Shown here: in pieces, positions 25,001 through 39,298 of the stretch
Numbering within the stretch: the stretch's first letter is position 1
How the letters are laid out: each line of letters opens with the position of its first letter
Source: Lingula anatina
Taxonomy: Eukaryota; Animalia; Brachiopoda
Direction of reading: 5' to 3'
Length of the DNA stretch: 64,000 nucleotides
Assembly (NCBI GenBank): GCA_051362555.1
Contig: CM120649.1
Location: 17,188,567-17,252,566, forward strand
Notes under the pieces: generated by a model
What the model saw: only the letters and a program-made list of their open reading frames with translations
The model's database searches: none
Told to the model about the DNA's origin: nothing
Translations under genes and position numbers: made by a program

Positions 25001-25854
25001 TATTTAAATGAAACATATGAACATATGAAAGTTAAAACGTAGGCATTGTTTTTGTCTTAGTCCAAGATCGAGAGAGAAATAATCACGCGATCTACCTCAG
25101 CTCAATATTAATATTAATATATAATTTAATCCGAAATTTCAGACCGTACTCTGCTGTTAACAAAGCATTTGTTGCTACATCAGTGTTCATATCTATTGAT
25201 AATTTTTAACAGACTCTACAGCCAGCATATACTGTAGTACTTAACAGATAAAGTTTAATTATTATTGGACGGCTTGGCTTATTGATTTGTTTTGATGAAA
25301 AATAAAAACAGGACAGGAAGTGTCACATAAAATAAATAAGTAAAGGTAAAATTGTCATTGTCTGATCTCCTTGATGACTATGCAGGCTGCCTTTTAATGC
25401 CGATAGGTTACCAGTTATTAATCCTGTGAGCTTGGACGTACAGCTTCATGGCAGGCATTGCTTATTTTTATCAGTTAAAATAAATAAATAAGAAATAAAA
25501 GAAAAAAAGGAAGAAAAAAGTGATGACATTTTCTATCCCCTTCATAGTACTGTATAATTGTAATATATTGTGATACTCATTAATAATGTTTTTGTTATTA
25601 CAAACAGATCCAAGTAAATTATATTCACTGCAGTCAGACCACCTTCAAGACCTACAGTATACCCGGCATGTTACCCAGGAACCATGTAAACCTCTTATCT
25701 TAGGTCATAAACCTCATGACAAGTTCATTCCAAATGTCTTCCCAAAGTCTGTCTATATACATGTATATTGACCCCAGGATTATCATTTAATAAAGGTATG
25801 TCAATGTCCTTTTCTTTGTTTTTTCAGTCAGGCTGTCTATGGTAAAGTGATAAA

Positions 25855-28800
25855 ATGCCTTGTAAAGGTCGCCACTGCAGAAGTCGATTTACAAATCTAG
25901 CCTTTTTCATCACATGCTTAGGACTAGTTATATTGGGAATATACTACAATGAAGGTCAGCTCACTTCCTCATCACAATCTGATGTCACCCTAAGAGGTCA
26001 AGGTCAAGGCCGTTCTCAAGGCTATACAAGAGTTCAAGGACATTTCAAATATGGAAAAAAAAAGAGGAAAAAACTGCATGGGAAGTTGATGAAAGCTTTG
26101 TCAGAGGAAGATTTGTTGGAGTGTAAAATACCTGTTTTGAGCTTGAGAACAGATTCCAATGCTGCTGCTTTCAAAAAGATGGAGCCACTGCATTGCAATG
26201 GGCAGCAACTCATGTACTTTGATAATTCTGTATTAAAGTTGAATAAAACTGTTCTTGGAAACAGAAAGCTAAAGGAATGTAAATATTATTCCATAGAATG
26301 GTCGAGAGACCCTCCAATGGAAGAAACATACAATCTAGTCAACATTGCTAATAAAGATAGCAATTTTGAAGTGAAAGTTAATCATGACTTTGTCAAAGTT
26401 GAATGTTACTTGCAAGAATCAAAACAGAACCAAAGAATCACTGGCAGGAAACTGCTGAACTCTGAAAATTCCAGATTCCTTGACAATCAGATAAACACAC
26501 TTTTGAAAGAAACAAAACAAGTGATGCAACAAGGGCAGTCGCGATCAGGTGCTAATAAGGTCAAAGACCAAAATAATGCTAAAATAAATAGCAAAATTAA
26601 CTATCAGAAAACAATTGAGAAAAGCAAACAGATTTTGGGCCGAAAAAGCAATCCAGACAATCAAAAATTTGACGTAGAAAGAAAAAAAGACGGCCCTCGC
26701 CACAATCAGGGTCTGGTGACCCCAGTGACAGCTGGGCGCCTAGGTGATGATGATGGTGAGGATAATACAGGGGATCCTCAGTACTATGGAGTAAACTTCT
26801 TTGATGCTCATGCTCCTGATTTTGAACAGTATCTTGTGCAGGTGAGGGAGTAAGGTATCATTTAAAGAAGAAGAAGTCATCAGAATCACATTATTCAATC
26901 CAGAGAACAATGAGTTATGTTGATTTTGGTTTACTCTCCCCATTAACCAGATGTTCTATTTTACTCAAAAAATAAGAACAACACTTACAGACTAATTTTG
27001 AGTTCTCATATAAATTGTTCAGGAATTGTTTTGGCATACAATGTCAACTTTATATTTTGTATGTTTCAAGTATTATGACAGTATGTTTGAAAATCAGTTG
27101 ATGTCAAAACCTGTTGAATTTGTTCACCAAAAACTAAACTTTTACTGCTTCAGATTGCACCAGAGGCTGCTGTATTTGACAGACAAAAGGATCTCCCCCC
27201 ACACCCAGATTCGACCAAATTAAATGTCTTAATGCTGGCACTGGACTCCATGTCCCACCTTTCGTACCAGAGAAAACTTCCCCTCACCTATGCCTACCTG
27301 AGAGATACGCTGGGGGCTGCCATCCTGAATGGGTACAATATTGTGGGTGATGCCACCACTGCAGCACTCATCCCTATGTTTACAGGTAAACAGTGCCAAA
27401 GGAATGCTGTCACACCTAACACATTTTCACTTTCAACACAGTCACACCTAACACACTCTCTTGCCTGAAACATTGTCACACCTAACACACCTGCACACTG
27501 AAGACACTGTCTCACCTAACACATTGTTCAATCTCGCACTATTGAACATTTTTTTCCTCGAAACTTCAAGTGGGAAAGCAGTTATAGATTTGAGATAACA
27601 TTCAACATGAATTTAGTTGGTGATAGGACTACAGTAAGTTCAACTTAAATTTTATATAACAGAAAAATTGCTGTCAATGAGGATACCTTAAGTTATCAAA
27701 CGGAATGAATGAAACTTATTTATCTGCATTCTACAAACAGATTTAATATGAACTATATAAAACCAGTTTTTAATTGTTGTTTTTCAGGTAAGACAGAAAC
27801 TGAACTGCCTGAGACCAGGAAAAACGAGCCAGGTGCTGGCTTTGTGGATAGCTATAACCTGATATGGAACCGTTTTGAGCACAACGGCTATGTGACACTG
27901 TATGCAGAAGACATGCCATCCTTTGGCACCTTCAATCTCAGGTTAAATGGTTTTGAACACAAACCAACGGACCACTACATGCGGCCATTTTGGAACGCTA
28001 TTGATGATTACGATGATAGGGAACAGAAGAACCAGTTTTGCTTACATGGCACTCCAAAACACAGGTATTTACTGAAGTACGTCAAACAGTTCTTCACAAG
28101 GTACAGGAATGTCTCCAAGTTTGCATTCGGTTTCTACGGGGAGTTGTCCCATGCAGACAACAGCCCTGCTGAGTACATGGACAGAGACATGGTGACCTTG
28201 CTCAAATATCTGAAGAGACACAAACACCTTGACAACACCCTGCTGATTGTAATGGGGGACCATGGGGCCAGATATCGCAAAGTGCGTCACACTGTACAAG
28301 GGAAACTCGAGGAGCGCCTTCCTTTGATGACCTTGACCTTTCCACAGTGGTTTCGGGAAAAACACCCCGATCTCATGCAGAATTTGCGTAAGAATGCTCA
28401 TCGCCTTACGACGCCATTTGATATGCATGTGACTTTGGAAACGGTTCTGGATCTCAAGATGGCACAGAAGAAGATATTGTATAAAGACAGAGGGATCAGT
28501 CTGCTGAATAGTATCCCCATGAACAGGACATGTGAGTCGGCAGGTGGGTATGCCAAGACTGGTTTTGAAATCATTAAGACCAGAGTCATTCTATTCCATC
28601 TTTGGTTAAATTAATAATTAAAAAAAAAGACAACCAGATATGCAGTTGATGAAAAAAATGGGCTTGCAATTTTTTTTTAATTTTTATTAAAGAAGCATCA
28701 TAATTTGGACGTTTGTTTCAGGTGTGGCCCCGCACTGGTGCTCATGCATGGTGTCGCAGGATGTTGATGTCAGCAGTGCACGTGCTGAAGAGGCAGCATC

Positions 28801-29777
28801 TAAAGTTATAGACTATATCAATGGCCTGACATCTCAACACAGAGAGAAGTGTAGTGTGCTACACCTTGATAAGATCCTTAGTGTCAGGTTGCTAGCACCA
28901 AATGAACAGGTAATAAGTGCTCTATGGTCTGTGTTAATGTTGTACATATTTATGGCTGTGAGAACTAGTTTGATTGTAATGTGTAAATAAATTTATCTTA
29001 GATAACCATTAAAATGATTTTGGTAAAAAGTGAAAGGGGAATTTGACAGGTTATAGATGAAGTTATGAAATGTTGAAGTGATGGTTACAGTATAGGTGAA
29101 AAGAAGCAGTTAAAACAAAGACAAGTAGACACATAGTGATTGCAGGCCACATTTGATAAAAAGAAAACTTGATAACACATCCTTTGATCTCTTACTTAGT
29201 ATTTTGTCAAATTGATTCTGTTAGTTCTGATTTAGAAAAATTAACAGATTGGCCTCTTTATTTTAGTTTCTAGCAAATTTTCATGAGTAGAAATGTTTGT
29301 CTTCAGTGCTACATTTAGATTGATGAAAATTAAACGATACAGTTTAAGATGAGAAAAAAATTCAGACATCTCAAAATTTATGTATACCTATTAGTAGATG
29401 TTTAACATGTAAAAAGGTACATTGGACAAGTTTTAAATAATTTTCTTTTTACCTACATGCGTCTTCAGGTGCTGAAATATTTTAACAGTATGGATGCAGA
29501 CCAGCGAATTGCCAATTTCACTTCCAAGGTCAAGGTTGACATTGTTCATTACCAGATCACCTTGGTTACCTCTCCTAGCAACGCTATGTACGAGTCAACA
29601 TTGCAATACAACATTGGGGCAGAGAGACTGGAGGTTACCCCAGATATCAGCAGAATCAATATATATGGCAATCAGCCATATTGTGTACAAAAGAACCATC
29701 CGGATTTGAGGAAGTACTGTTTCTGTGCGGACTATCAAAGCTGGGAGAAGAGAAAGAAAAAATTGAAACATGATTAA
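25855..29777 (+). CDS. DUF229-family (alkaline phosphatase/sulfatase-like fold) type II membrane protein, 5 coding exons, ~823 aa
   Basis: Exons 25855-26841, 27154-27385, 27788-28543, 28722-28909 and 29469-29777 have GT-AG ends and join in frame. N-terminal TM helix. Motifs NVLMLALDSMS, GYNIVGD, PTDHYMRP, MGDHGAR, GKLEERLP, RLTTPFD, PHWCSC, SRINIYG..C, LRKYCFC. Confidence 0.9.
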
Positions 29778-30128
29778 GTTAAGATACCTTATTGATTGCT
29801 GCTTTGACTTTTAGTTGGGAGAATGATATTTGCTAAGATACAACGAAGGTGGGGAAATTTTACTTTTCACTTTTTATCAAATCTTTAAAACTTTGAGGAA
29901 AAGACTAGTCCATATTTGTTTATGTATAAGTATACAATGATATTAGTGGATGGGACAACTATGTCACTTGGTTTTATGTAAGGCTCAAATTTCAGTTTTT
30001 ATGACAGGATTAATGATGGATTTTTTCCCCCATTTTTTAGGAGGGGGGGGGGTAATTTTGATATAAAACAAGTATCTGCATTATGATACTTGAAAGGTGC
30101 TGAGTTTGACAAGGTGCTTTCAGAATTG

Positions 30129-30159
<31 letters not shown>

Positions 30160-30796
30160 TGTGAAAGAGGTAATTTTTCTTTTCTTCATCATCTTATTGC
30201 ACATAATACAGGCTTTTATTTGTAGGTGATTTTTGTTCAGATAATTTTATTTTATATCGGGGAGCAAAGTTTACTTTGAAGATTTACCCTTTTTTAGGCA
30301 AAGTTGGGAGGATTTTATATCACTAAAAATGTGGAAAAAAAGTTGGAGAAACAGGAAGGGCTTCATTACAAAGGAATATTTTAAAAGATTTTGCCATGAG
30401 AACAAGTTATTTCTGACTGGTCAGTTTCCCCAATGTACTCTCCAGACTTTAAAGAGAACTTAACATTTTCAAAATGTGTTCAGAATGTTTTACGTGTGGA
30501 TGTCAACTCACACTAAGGCATATTTAACAATCTGCTCTAGATGTCTACAAGAAGTTCATTATTGAGCTGTAATGTTTATCCCTTTTTTTTCAGTATTTTA
30601 ACTTTTTAATGGCAGCGCAAAGTCCACAATCTAATTTACATCTTTTCAATTATGCAATAAACTAAATAACTCAAAGACAGTTGTTGTTTTCTGGACTGCA
30701 CCTAAAAATGGCATGTTGCTTGGGAGACGCAGGTGTAAATGGACAGCGGAGAAGAAATCAGAACTTTTTAAAAGTAATTAAATAATAATTTTTTTT

Positions 30797-32534
30797 AAAT
30801 GTCACCAATATGTCCATTTTCAGTGTAACAAATCTGAAAACTAGAGTTTTGATGATGTTTCAGTAACTAAGGCAGCAGCAACAGCAGGAAGAACAAAACA
30901 CTGTATGCAACCTTTGATTTTTATTTTCCAATATTTTGTTACTTATTAAGTTTTAAAGCAAAATCTAAACATGTTCACTACTTGAAGTATTGAGTATCAC
31001 CTGTGCTATCTCTGCGGCACACACATATATAATCATATCAACATCTTTAATACACCTTTCTGGTGTTTAGAGAAAACTGGATTGAAACACAGGCTGATGA
31101 GGACTACAGTTCATATCTGTACAGGCAATTCCAGTCGAAGAACAATAAAGCTCTGAATTGATAATGGCTACAAATCAAGTGACAATTGGGTCACGGATAA
31201 TTAGGTTGATATCTAAGACCTGGGCTCTTCCCAAGTTTTCTTGCAAAGTAAACATTTGCAGTGCAGAAAAATAAAGTCTACAAGTATTGTCAAAACCAAC
31301 CAAATCATTTATTGCAGGTAGTCATGAATGTTACTTCTTTGTCACCAAGTACTACTAACAGATATAATAGCAATGTAGTTTGTTACTGCAGTTCTCCAAG
31401 AAATAAATAAATACACTGTAATTTCAACACCTTTTCTGTTATAAAAAGAATATACACAAGTTCAAAACCCAAACAAAAATGCTTTACAGACAACCAAAAA
31501 AACAAAGAAAAAAAAATCTAGTGGTGTTGAAAATGCGACCCACGATTTAATTATGATTAGAACTGTAAAAAGGGGTAAGCATTTAAATTCACTTTTGTAG
31601 GAAGCTAAACCAACTGCTCTAGACAATTTTTATTCTGACCTCTCGAGGAAACCCCCCTCAAGACATTTTCCTTGGAGTAAATGGCATTTCTGGTTTCAAA
31701 CTTACCAGTATTACGCGACAATGCATGGTATAAAGTTACAGAGGAAGAAGGGCACTACTTCCTGTACCACAACAGTGACGCATCATTTCTTATCTAATAT
31801 TACAAGGTTATTAACACTTAAAATTTACCTCTTTTAGAGTCTTGAATAATTTACAGCCTCTCTCTCTCTCTCTCCACATTCACTCAACTACTCTCACACA
31901 TTAATAGATCTGACAACAGCAACATTTTTGGAAGGGGGGTTACCATGCAGTTCAAACACATGGCCTTGTTTAGAAAACAATTTCTAGAATGTTAAACAAT
32001 ATGTTTAACAAAGTAAAATTTGGTGGAGCTCGGCTTACATATTCTCCACCAAAATGTTATCTACATTTATATAAATATAACAGTATGTTTTGGCCTAAAT
32101 AAATTCATGTCATGTTGAAATTTTTTGCTTTGAAAATGAAATAACATGGCCTCTCTCCATTTTTTCTTTTCTTTTTCAACATGGCTTACAAATATACCAA
32201 CTCATGATTGGTAGCACATCATTTTTTCCTTTGTAAATCCACAATAACCGTCTCTATTTGCCTTTTTGTCTTCTTCAATGTGACCCATCTCGACATGTGA
32301 AATGTAAGTTTTAAAATACCAAAGTTCAGAGCATATTGTAACAAGTACAAACAAGATGCTTCTGCACTATTTTTCACCCTGGTACATTTTGACAGTCCAT
32401 CCTGTGCTCAAGTTTTCACTCGCTGTGTATCATGCAGCCGATTTAGCTTAAATAGAGCACATACAGGTCAAATAACAGTTCTGTTCCACATTTGCTCCAC
32501 GTTTCTCACCTGTTTTGAAAATAAATGGTAAAAT
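30797..32534 (+). repeat. Direct repeat copy 1 (~1.75 kb) of the region downstream of TRIP12
   Basis: Colinear, high similarity to 51431-53174 from aaatgtcaccaat to gaaataaatggtaaaat. Confidence 0.93.
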
Positions 32535-32549
32535 AAGTAGCACATCGTT

Positions 32550-35500
32550 GTTTAATATTGCAAATAAGTTAACAAAAGAAAAAAAAAGATGAATAACAGT
32601 GCCTTATTATCCTCAAACACATTGGGGTTATTCATATCATGTTATTACAGCAAGATTAAAAGTTTGAATAGCAGCAGCCAGCTTCAATGGGATATTTTTG
32701 TTGTGTTTTCTTTTTAATTTATTTTTCAAACATTGGCATTTTCAGCTCCCATCCACCTGAAGCTCTTCACATTTTCTGTATTTCCACATAAGCAGTTGCA
32801 TTGTTTTTTATGTCTTTAAACATTATGTAATATTATCTTATGCACAGTCATCATTATTCAAATATTGGGATTTTCATTATGTGAATTTGAACTCTCATGG
32901 TCCTGAAACTGTAATCTTATTGCAGGGGTGGATTGAGGCCGCCTTCTGGGTCTTTCAGATTTTAAAGTTCACATTGATGGGTATCTGTTTTTTCTGTTGG
33001 AAGACCATCAAAAATGTAGGATGGATCAACAAAGATAATTTGGAATACTGTCAGAAAATATCTCTGGGTCCACTCCTGTTATTGACGATGTCACCTGTTG
33101 TGCATGATTAAAATTCAGTGTTGATTGACAGTACTATTATAGGCATGATTTATTATTGCATCAAAATTGACAAAATGAACCATTTTCTGCATTTTTATTT
33201 TCTGTTTTTGTCTGTACATTTGACAGTTTTGCTGCCTTGTTAATAATGAAATATATGTATCATGGATTTTCAGAACATGTGATTTGCATGGGTCTTCAAG
33301 GCATTGGAGGTTCTAAGTCACACCTTGAAAATGCCAATATGTAAAAAATTTAATTTTCACAAAAAAACTGTTTAACTGCCAGAAAAATTTACCAAACAGA
33401 TTGCATTGCCTACTGAAGCTGTATTATAGTCCCATGATTCTTCCCTGAAAGTTTGAGAACAGTAAGTGACAGGGTTTTCCTTAAATGGACATCATGGGAG
33501 CAGTGCCCAAAATAGGGGTTTCTTCAAATTTTGATGCAATATTACATAATGTTTAAAAGCATTATGACCATCAATCTTTAATAATAAAATATTAGTATCA
33601 TGGATATTCAGAAAATGTGACTAGCAAAGGTCTTCAGGCCCATTGAAGTTCAAAGTCACACCTTGAAAATGCCCAAATGTAAACAAGACAGCACCGTTCT
33701 GAATTTTTTTTTTTTTTTCATTTTTAACAATTTTTTAACATTAACAGTTTACTGCCATTTTTATGTATCAACTGAAAAATTGATGAGATGGGAAAAATAT
33801 CAAAAGAACAGTGTTAAATGTCCAATTTAGTGAATGATTGAATCTGACAAACTGCAATGATATGAGTTTTTTTCCATTTTTGAAACGTTATTACACAATA
33901 CATGATAAGTTTACCATCATTTTTACTTAATTAATTAATGTTGTAAAGATGCAGGAAATGTCAAACAAACACTTTTAAGTATCTTTAATATTAGTTTTAA
34001 AATAATGAGACTGTTAACATGCCTAAGAATTGAATCTGAGGAAATGTGAAAAAACAGCATAACTTCTACAATAATGGCCCGATTAGGCTGATTTTCGAAC
34101 TCAGCCTGCGTTTTATTAAGATTGACTACTTCTGTGAGTTTCATGACAATTGGCCTATCTGTTTTTCTAATATTGTGTTTACTGGGTTGCATATATGCTA
34201 AAAAGTGAAAAAACAGCATAACTACTGAAATAGAAGCCCGATCGTGCTGATTTTCGAACTGAGCCTGCGTTTTATAAATATTCATCAGCTCTGTTAATAT
34301 AAAGCCAAAAAGTAAAACTGTCTTCCACTTATCGTGTTTACGCTGAAAGTGCACAGCGACGGCGACGACAGCGACGACGGCGAATACGAGGGTTGATTGA
34401 TAAGTAGTGAGCCTCGTGTGGAAAAGGTTAAGCAGGGATATCCCTTTACAGCCCTTCTATTCCCTGACTATTTAAAGGTGTGTAGCCGAAGTTTGGTGTA
34501 ATTTGGTTTATGTCGACGAGGTAGCACTCTCAAATAAGCAAGGCAAGTGACTTTTGCAAAATGCCCCTGCTCACAAGTATGTCATTGCCATGGCTGCAAT
34601 CAACGAGTGTGGCTTTGAACTGATAGAACATCCACCTTATTCGCCTGATCTTGCTCCCTCTGACTATTATCTATTTCCCAAATTGAAAAAAGCCATTTCA
34701 GGTACTCACTTTGTGTCAGAAGATGACGTCAGGCGTGAAATGGAGGGGTCTCTGAACGGCCAAGAGAAGGGCTTCTATAAAAGTGGCATAGAGGCTCTCA
34801 AAACTAGCTGGCAAAAGTGTATAGATACTCAACGAGACTATGTTGAAAAATAAAGAAAAATACTTGTAAAATGTGTACCCCTTCTATATGAGGCTCACTA
34901 CTTATCAATCAACCCTCGTACGGTGACGACAGACGCAGGTGATGGCAATATGTTCAGGCACATCTGTGTCTGTACAGTACATAAAAACAAGGCAGCAAAG
35001 CTGTCAAATGTACAGACAAAAAACAGAAAATAAAGATGCAAAATAGGTCATTTTGTCAATTTTGATGCAATAATAAATAATGCTTATAATAACACAGTCA
35101 GTTAACACTGATTTTTAATCATGCACAACAGGTAACATGGTCAATAACAGGAGCAGATCCAGAGATATTTTCTGACAGTATTCCAAAAGCATCTTTGTTG
35201 ATCCATCCTCCACTTTTGATGGTCTTCCAACAGAAAAAAATTGATACCAGTCAATGTAAACTTTAAAATCTGACCGTCATCTGAAAGACCCACAAGACGG
35301 CCTCAATCCACCCCTGCAATAAGATTACAGTTTCTGGACTATGAGAGTTCAAATTCACATAATGAAAATCCCAATATTTGAAAAATGTTGACAGTGCATA
35401 GAATAATATTACATAATGTTTAAAGACATAAAAACCTATGCAACTGCTTATGTGGAAATACAGAAAATCTGAAGAGCTTCAGGTGGATGGGAGTTGCAAA

Positions 35501-38301
35501 TGCCAGTGTTTAGAAAAAAAATTAAAAAGAAAACACACACACAAAAAAATTCCAATAAAGCTGCTATTCAAACTTTTAATCTTGCTGTATTAACATGATA
35601 TGAATAACCCCAATGTGTTTGAGGATAATAAGGCACTGTTATTCATCTATAGCATTAATGTTGGCATTACACAATTTTTTTTCTTTTGTAAACTTATTTG
35701 CATTATTAAACAACATTTACCTGCATAATTATCACCAATTCCTAATTATGTGACACAGTTAAGAGAGCTTAACCTATAGAAAATGGGTCATTTTGTCAAT
35801 TTTGATGCAGTAATAAATAATGCTTATAATAGCACTGTCAATCAACACTGAATTTTAATCATGCATAACAGGTAACATGCTCAATAACAGGAGCAGATCC
35901 AGAGGTATTTTCTGACAGTATTCCAAATTATATTTGTTGATCCATCCTACACTTTTGATGGTCTTCCAACAGAAAAAAATTGATACCAGTCATTGTAAAC
36001 TTTAAAATCTGACCGTCATCTGAAAGACCCAGAAGACGGCCTCAATCCACCCCTGCAATAAGATAACAGTTTCTGGACTATGAGAGTTCAAATTCACATA
36101 ATGAAAATCCCAATATTTGAAAAATGTTGACAGTGCATAAAATAATATTACATATTGTTTAAAGACATAAAAACCTATGCAACTGCTTATGTGGAAATAC
36201 AGAAAATCTGAAGAGCTTCAGTTGAAAATGCCAGTGTTTAGAAAAAAATTAAAAAGAAAACACAAAAAAATAAAAATAAAAAAAATCCAATAAAGCTGCT
36301 ATTCAAACTTTTAATCTTGCTGTATTAACATGATATGAATAATCCCAGTGTGTTTGAGGATAATAAGGCACTGTTATTAATCTATAGCATTAATGTTGGC
36401 ATTACACAATTTTTTTTTTTTTTTTTTTGTAAACTTATTTGCAATATTAAACAACATTTACCTGCATAATTATCACCAATTCCTAATTATGTGACACAGT
36501 TAAGAGAGCTTAACCTATAAGACTTGAATGGGAAATCTCAACGTGTGTTTTATGTAATCTTATTTAATGGGCACTTGAAAATCAATTAGGCAAGTAATTT
36601 TATAGCTCTGAATTTAGCTAGTGATTATCCCAAGGGACAATTACCACCATCCATAAACAGTAGCCCCATATAGCACTCCATAGAGCTGCATTGCCTCCAA
36701 AACAGAAAACAATCACACTGATTTCCAACACAAGCTACACTTCAGTCCTATGAAACTTTTCAGTAAGTTAGAATATCATAAGTAAAATGATTTTTCCTTA
36801 ATGGTCATCCCAGCAGCGATGTCCAAAAAAGGTTTTTTTTTTCATCTTTTATGCAATTTAACATAATGCTTAACAGCACAACATTTGGTCATCAATTTTT
36901 AATAATAAAGTAAATGTATCATAGCTATTCAAAAGATGGGACTAGCAATGGTATTCAAGCCAATGGAAGTTCAAAGACTAAGTCACACCTTGAAAATGTC
37001 CATATGTGAAAATTTTAATTGTAACAAAAAACTATAATGCTTAACAGCATAATGACCATCAATTTTTAATAATAAAATAAAAGTATCATGGATATTCAGA
37101 AAAATTGATATGGAAAGGTCTTCAGGGCCATGGAAGTTCAGAGTCACAACTTCAAAATGCCAAAATGTACACAAGAGATAACTGTACTGAAATGAATTTC
37201 TTTCCACTTTCAACACTTTTTTTTACATATATATATATCAAAATAATCAATTTACTGTCGTTTTTAAATGATCAACTAAGAAAGTTGTTGACATAGGAAA
37301 AATATCAATAGAACAATTTTAAATGTCCAATTTGTTCCATTCTGAGATTCTGAACATGGTGAATGATTGAATCTGACAAACTGTAAAGATATGAGTTTAT
37401 TTCCATTTTTGACACTTTATTACACAATGCACAAGAACAGGTTTACCATCATTTTTATATAATCAACTAACAATATTGTTAAGATGCAGAAAATGTCAAA
37501 AGAACACCTTTACATTACTAATTAGTTCACAAATGAGATTCTTAACATACCTATGAATTAAATCCGAGGAAAAAAGACTTATATACAAAAGAAGGCACAA
37601 TTTCACCAAAACTGAACCGATCAAGCTTATTTTCGAACCTCATCTGTATTTTAGTAAATCTGATCACCCCTGTGAATTTCAAGACGATTGGCCAATTGAT
37701 TTTCCTTGAAATGTGTTATCAGTGTTGCACATATGCTGAAATAGTGAAAAAACAGCATAACTTCCATAAAAATGGCCCGATCAGGCTGATTTTCAAACTT
37801 GACCTGCATATTTTGAATATTCATCAGTTTTGTAAGTTTCAAGCCAAAAGGTAAAATGGTTTTCCATTTATCGTGTTATCGGTGCTGCATATATGCTGAA
37901 AAAAGTGAAAAAACAGCATAAATTCCCTATAAGTGACCCGATCATGCTGATTTTCGAACTTGACCTGCGTATTATGAATATTCATCAGTTCTGTAAGTTT
38001 CAAGCCAAAAGGTAAAATGATTTTCCACTTATATTGTTATCGGTGCTGCATATATGCTGAAAAAAGAGAAAAAACAGCATAAATTCCCTATAAGTGACCC
38101 GATCATGCTGATTTTCGAACTTGACCTGCGTATTACGAGTATTCATCAGTTCTGCAAGTTTCAAGCCAAAAGAAAAAACAGTTTTCCACTTATCATGTTA
38201 TCGGTAAAAGTGCACGGCGACGACGGCGACGGCGACGGCGACGGCGACGACAGACGCAGATGATGGCTATATGTACAGACACATCTGTGTCTGTACATAA
38301 A
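32550..38301. mobile_element. Cluster of HINE/Helentron-like elements (plus fragment 32550-33240; minus copies ~33257-34985 and ~34987-38301)
   Basis: Same termini and ~160-bp units as 12468-16679. Internal ~740-bp tandem duplication at 35041-35778/35781-36518. Confidence 0.75.
34387..34918 (+). mobile_element. Internally deleted mariner element
   Basis: 29-bp TIRs CGAGGGTTGATTGATAAGTAGTGAGCCTC, TA TSD (empty site at ~42121), transposase C-terminus HPPYSPDLAPSDYYLFPKLK. Confidence 0.95.
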
Positions 38302-38927
38302 AAGAAGGTCGGTATTAACTGAAAAGATCCATGAGGCCATGAGAAGTCTTCACGCACTTGTCTTTATTCTAATGACGACGACGAGTTGGAGCTTTCAACC
38401 GTTTGTTTAACCGCTGACCCTTTTTTACAAATCCAAGAGTTTATAAGCTTTATATGCTCTCCGTACCATCACCCATTTACTCGTTTTTTTTTTTTTTTTT
38501 TGTTTTTTACATTGTAGTTTGCTTGATTACCAGTCTTTTCCATTCATTCGTTCATCCAATATTTCCTTAGAAAGAAGTCTGTTAGAGCCTTTTGTCATAA
38601 AAAATCTAAAGTATTTGAATTACTAAAACTTGCGTCATACCCATCACTCAGTTTGCATGTGTTGAACACGTGATGGAAACGTTCAATTCCATTGTGGAGT
38701 TAACCAAGGAAATAAACTTGGACATGTTCCATCTTTTCCTTATACGAAAAGTGTTTTCTACACTTGTTAACTCTTAAAGAAATTTAACTCACACTCAGTA
38801 ACCCCTTTTTCCTTTTACCTATTTGATTCATTTTCAATTTTTCTTTTTTCCCAGTGGTTTTAATTATAAACTAGGACAGTCCTGGCATCAAGCGGTTTCA
38901 GCACCTACTGTACAAATGTATAAATGG

Positions 38928-39077
38928 TGACGTAAGTGAATGACTCGGCCTGAATGAGGTGCGGGCAGGTAAGACGATAGGGTTTATATAATCTGACGTA
39001 CAGGGACAACATAACCAGCTCCATTATCACTGCAGCTTGCATAAAACATTAAAATTGTCTTACTATACAACGCGAAA
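38928..39077 (+). promoter_or_regulatory. TATA promoter and 5' UTR of the peptide-precursor gene (second copy ~43607-43756)
   Basis: TGACGTAA (CRE-like) at 38928, TATATAA at 38985, AAAATG start context. Essentially identical in both copies. Confidence 0.6.
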
Positions 39078-39254
39078 ATGAAGACCGCACTCGTGCTGCT
39101 CTTGGTATTTACGGTTGTTGGTGCTAGGTAGGTTTTAATGGATTTCTCATACTTATACCCCCTCACCCCTTTACACTGGACAGCATCCTTTGTCTCCTTT
39201 GTCCGACCATGAATCTGGTCCAGTTTCAAAAAACAAAAACTTAAATCAGTCCCT

Positions 39255-39298
<44 letters not shown>

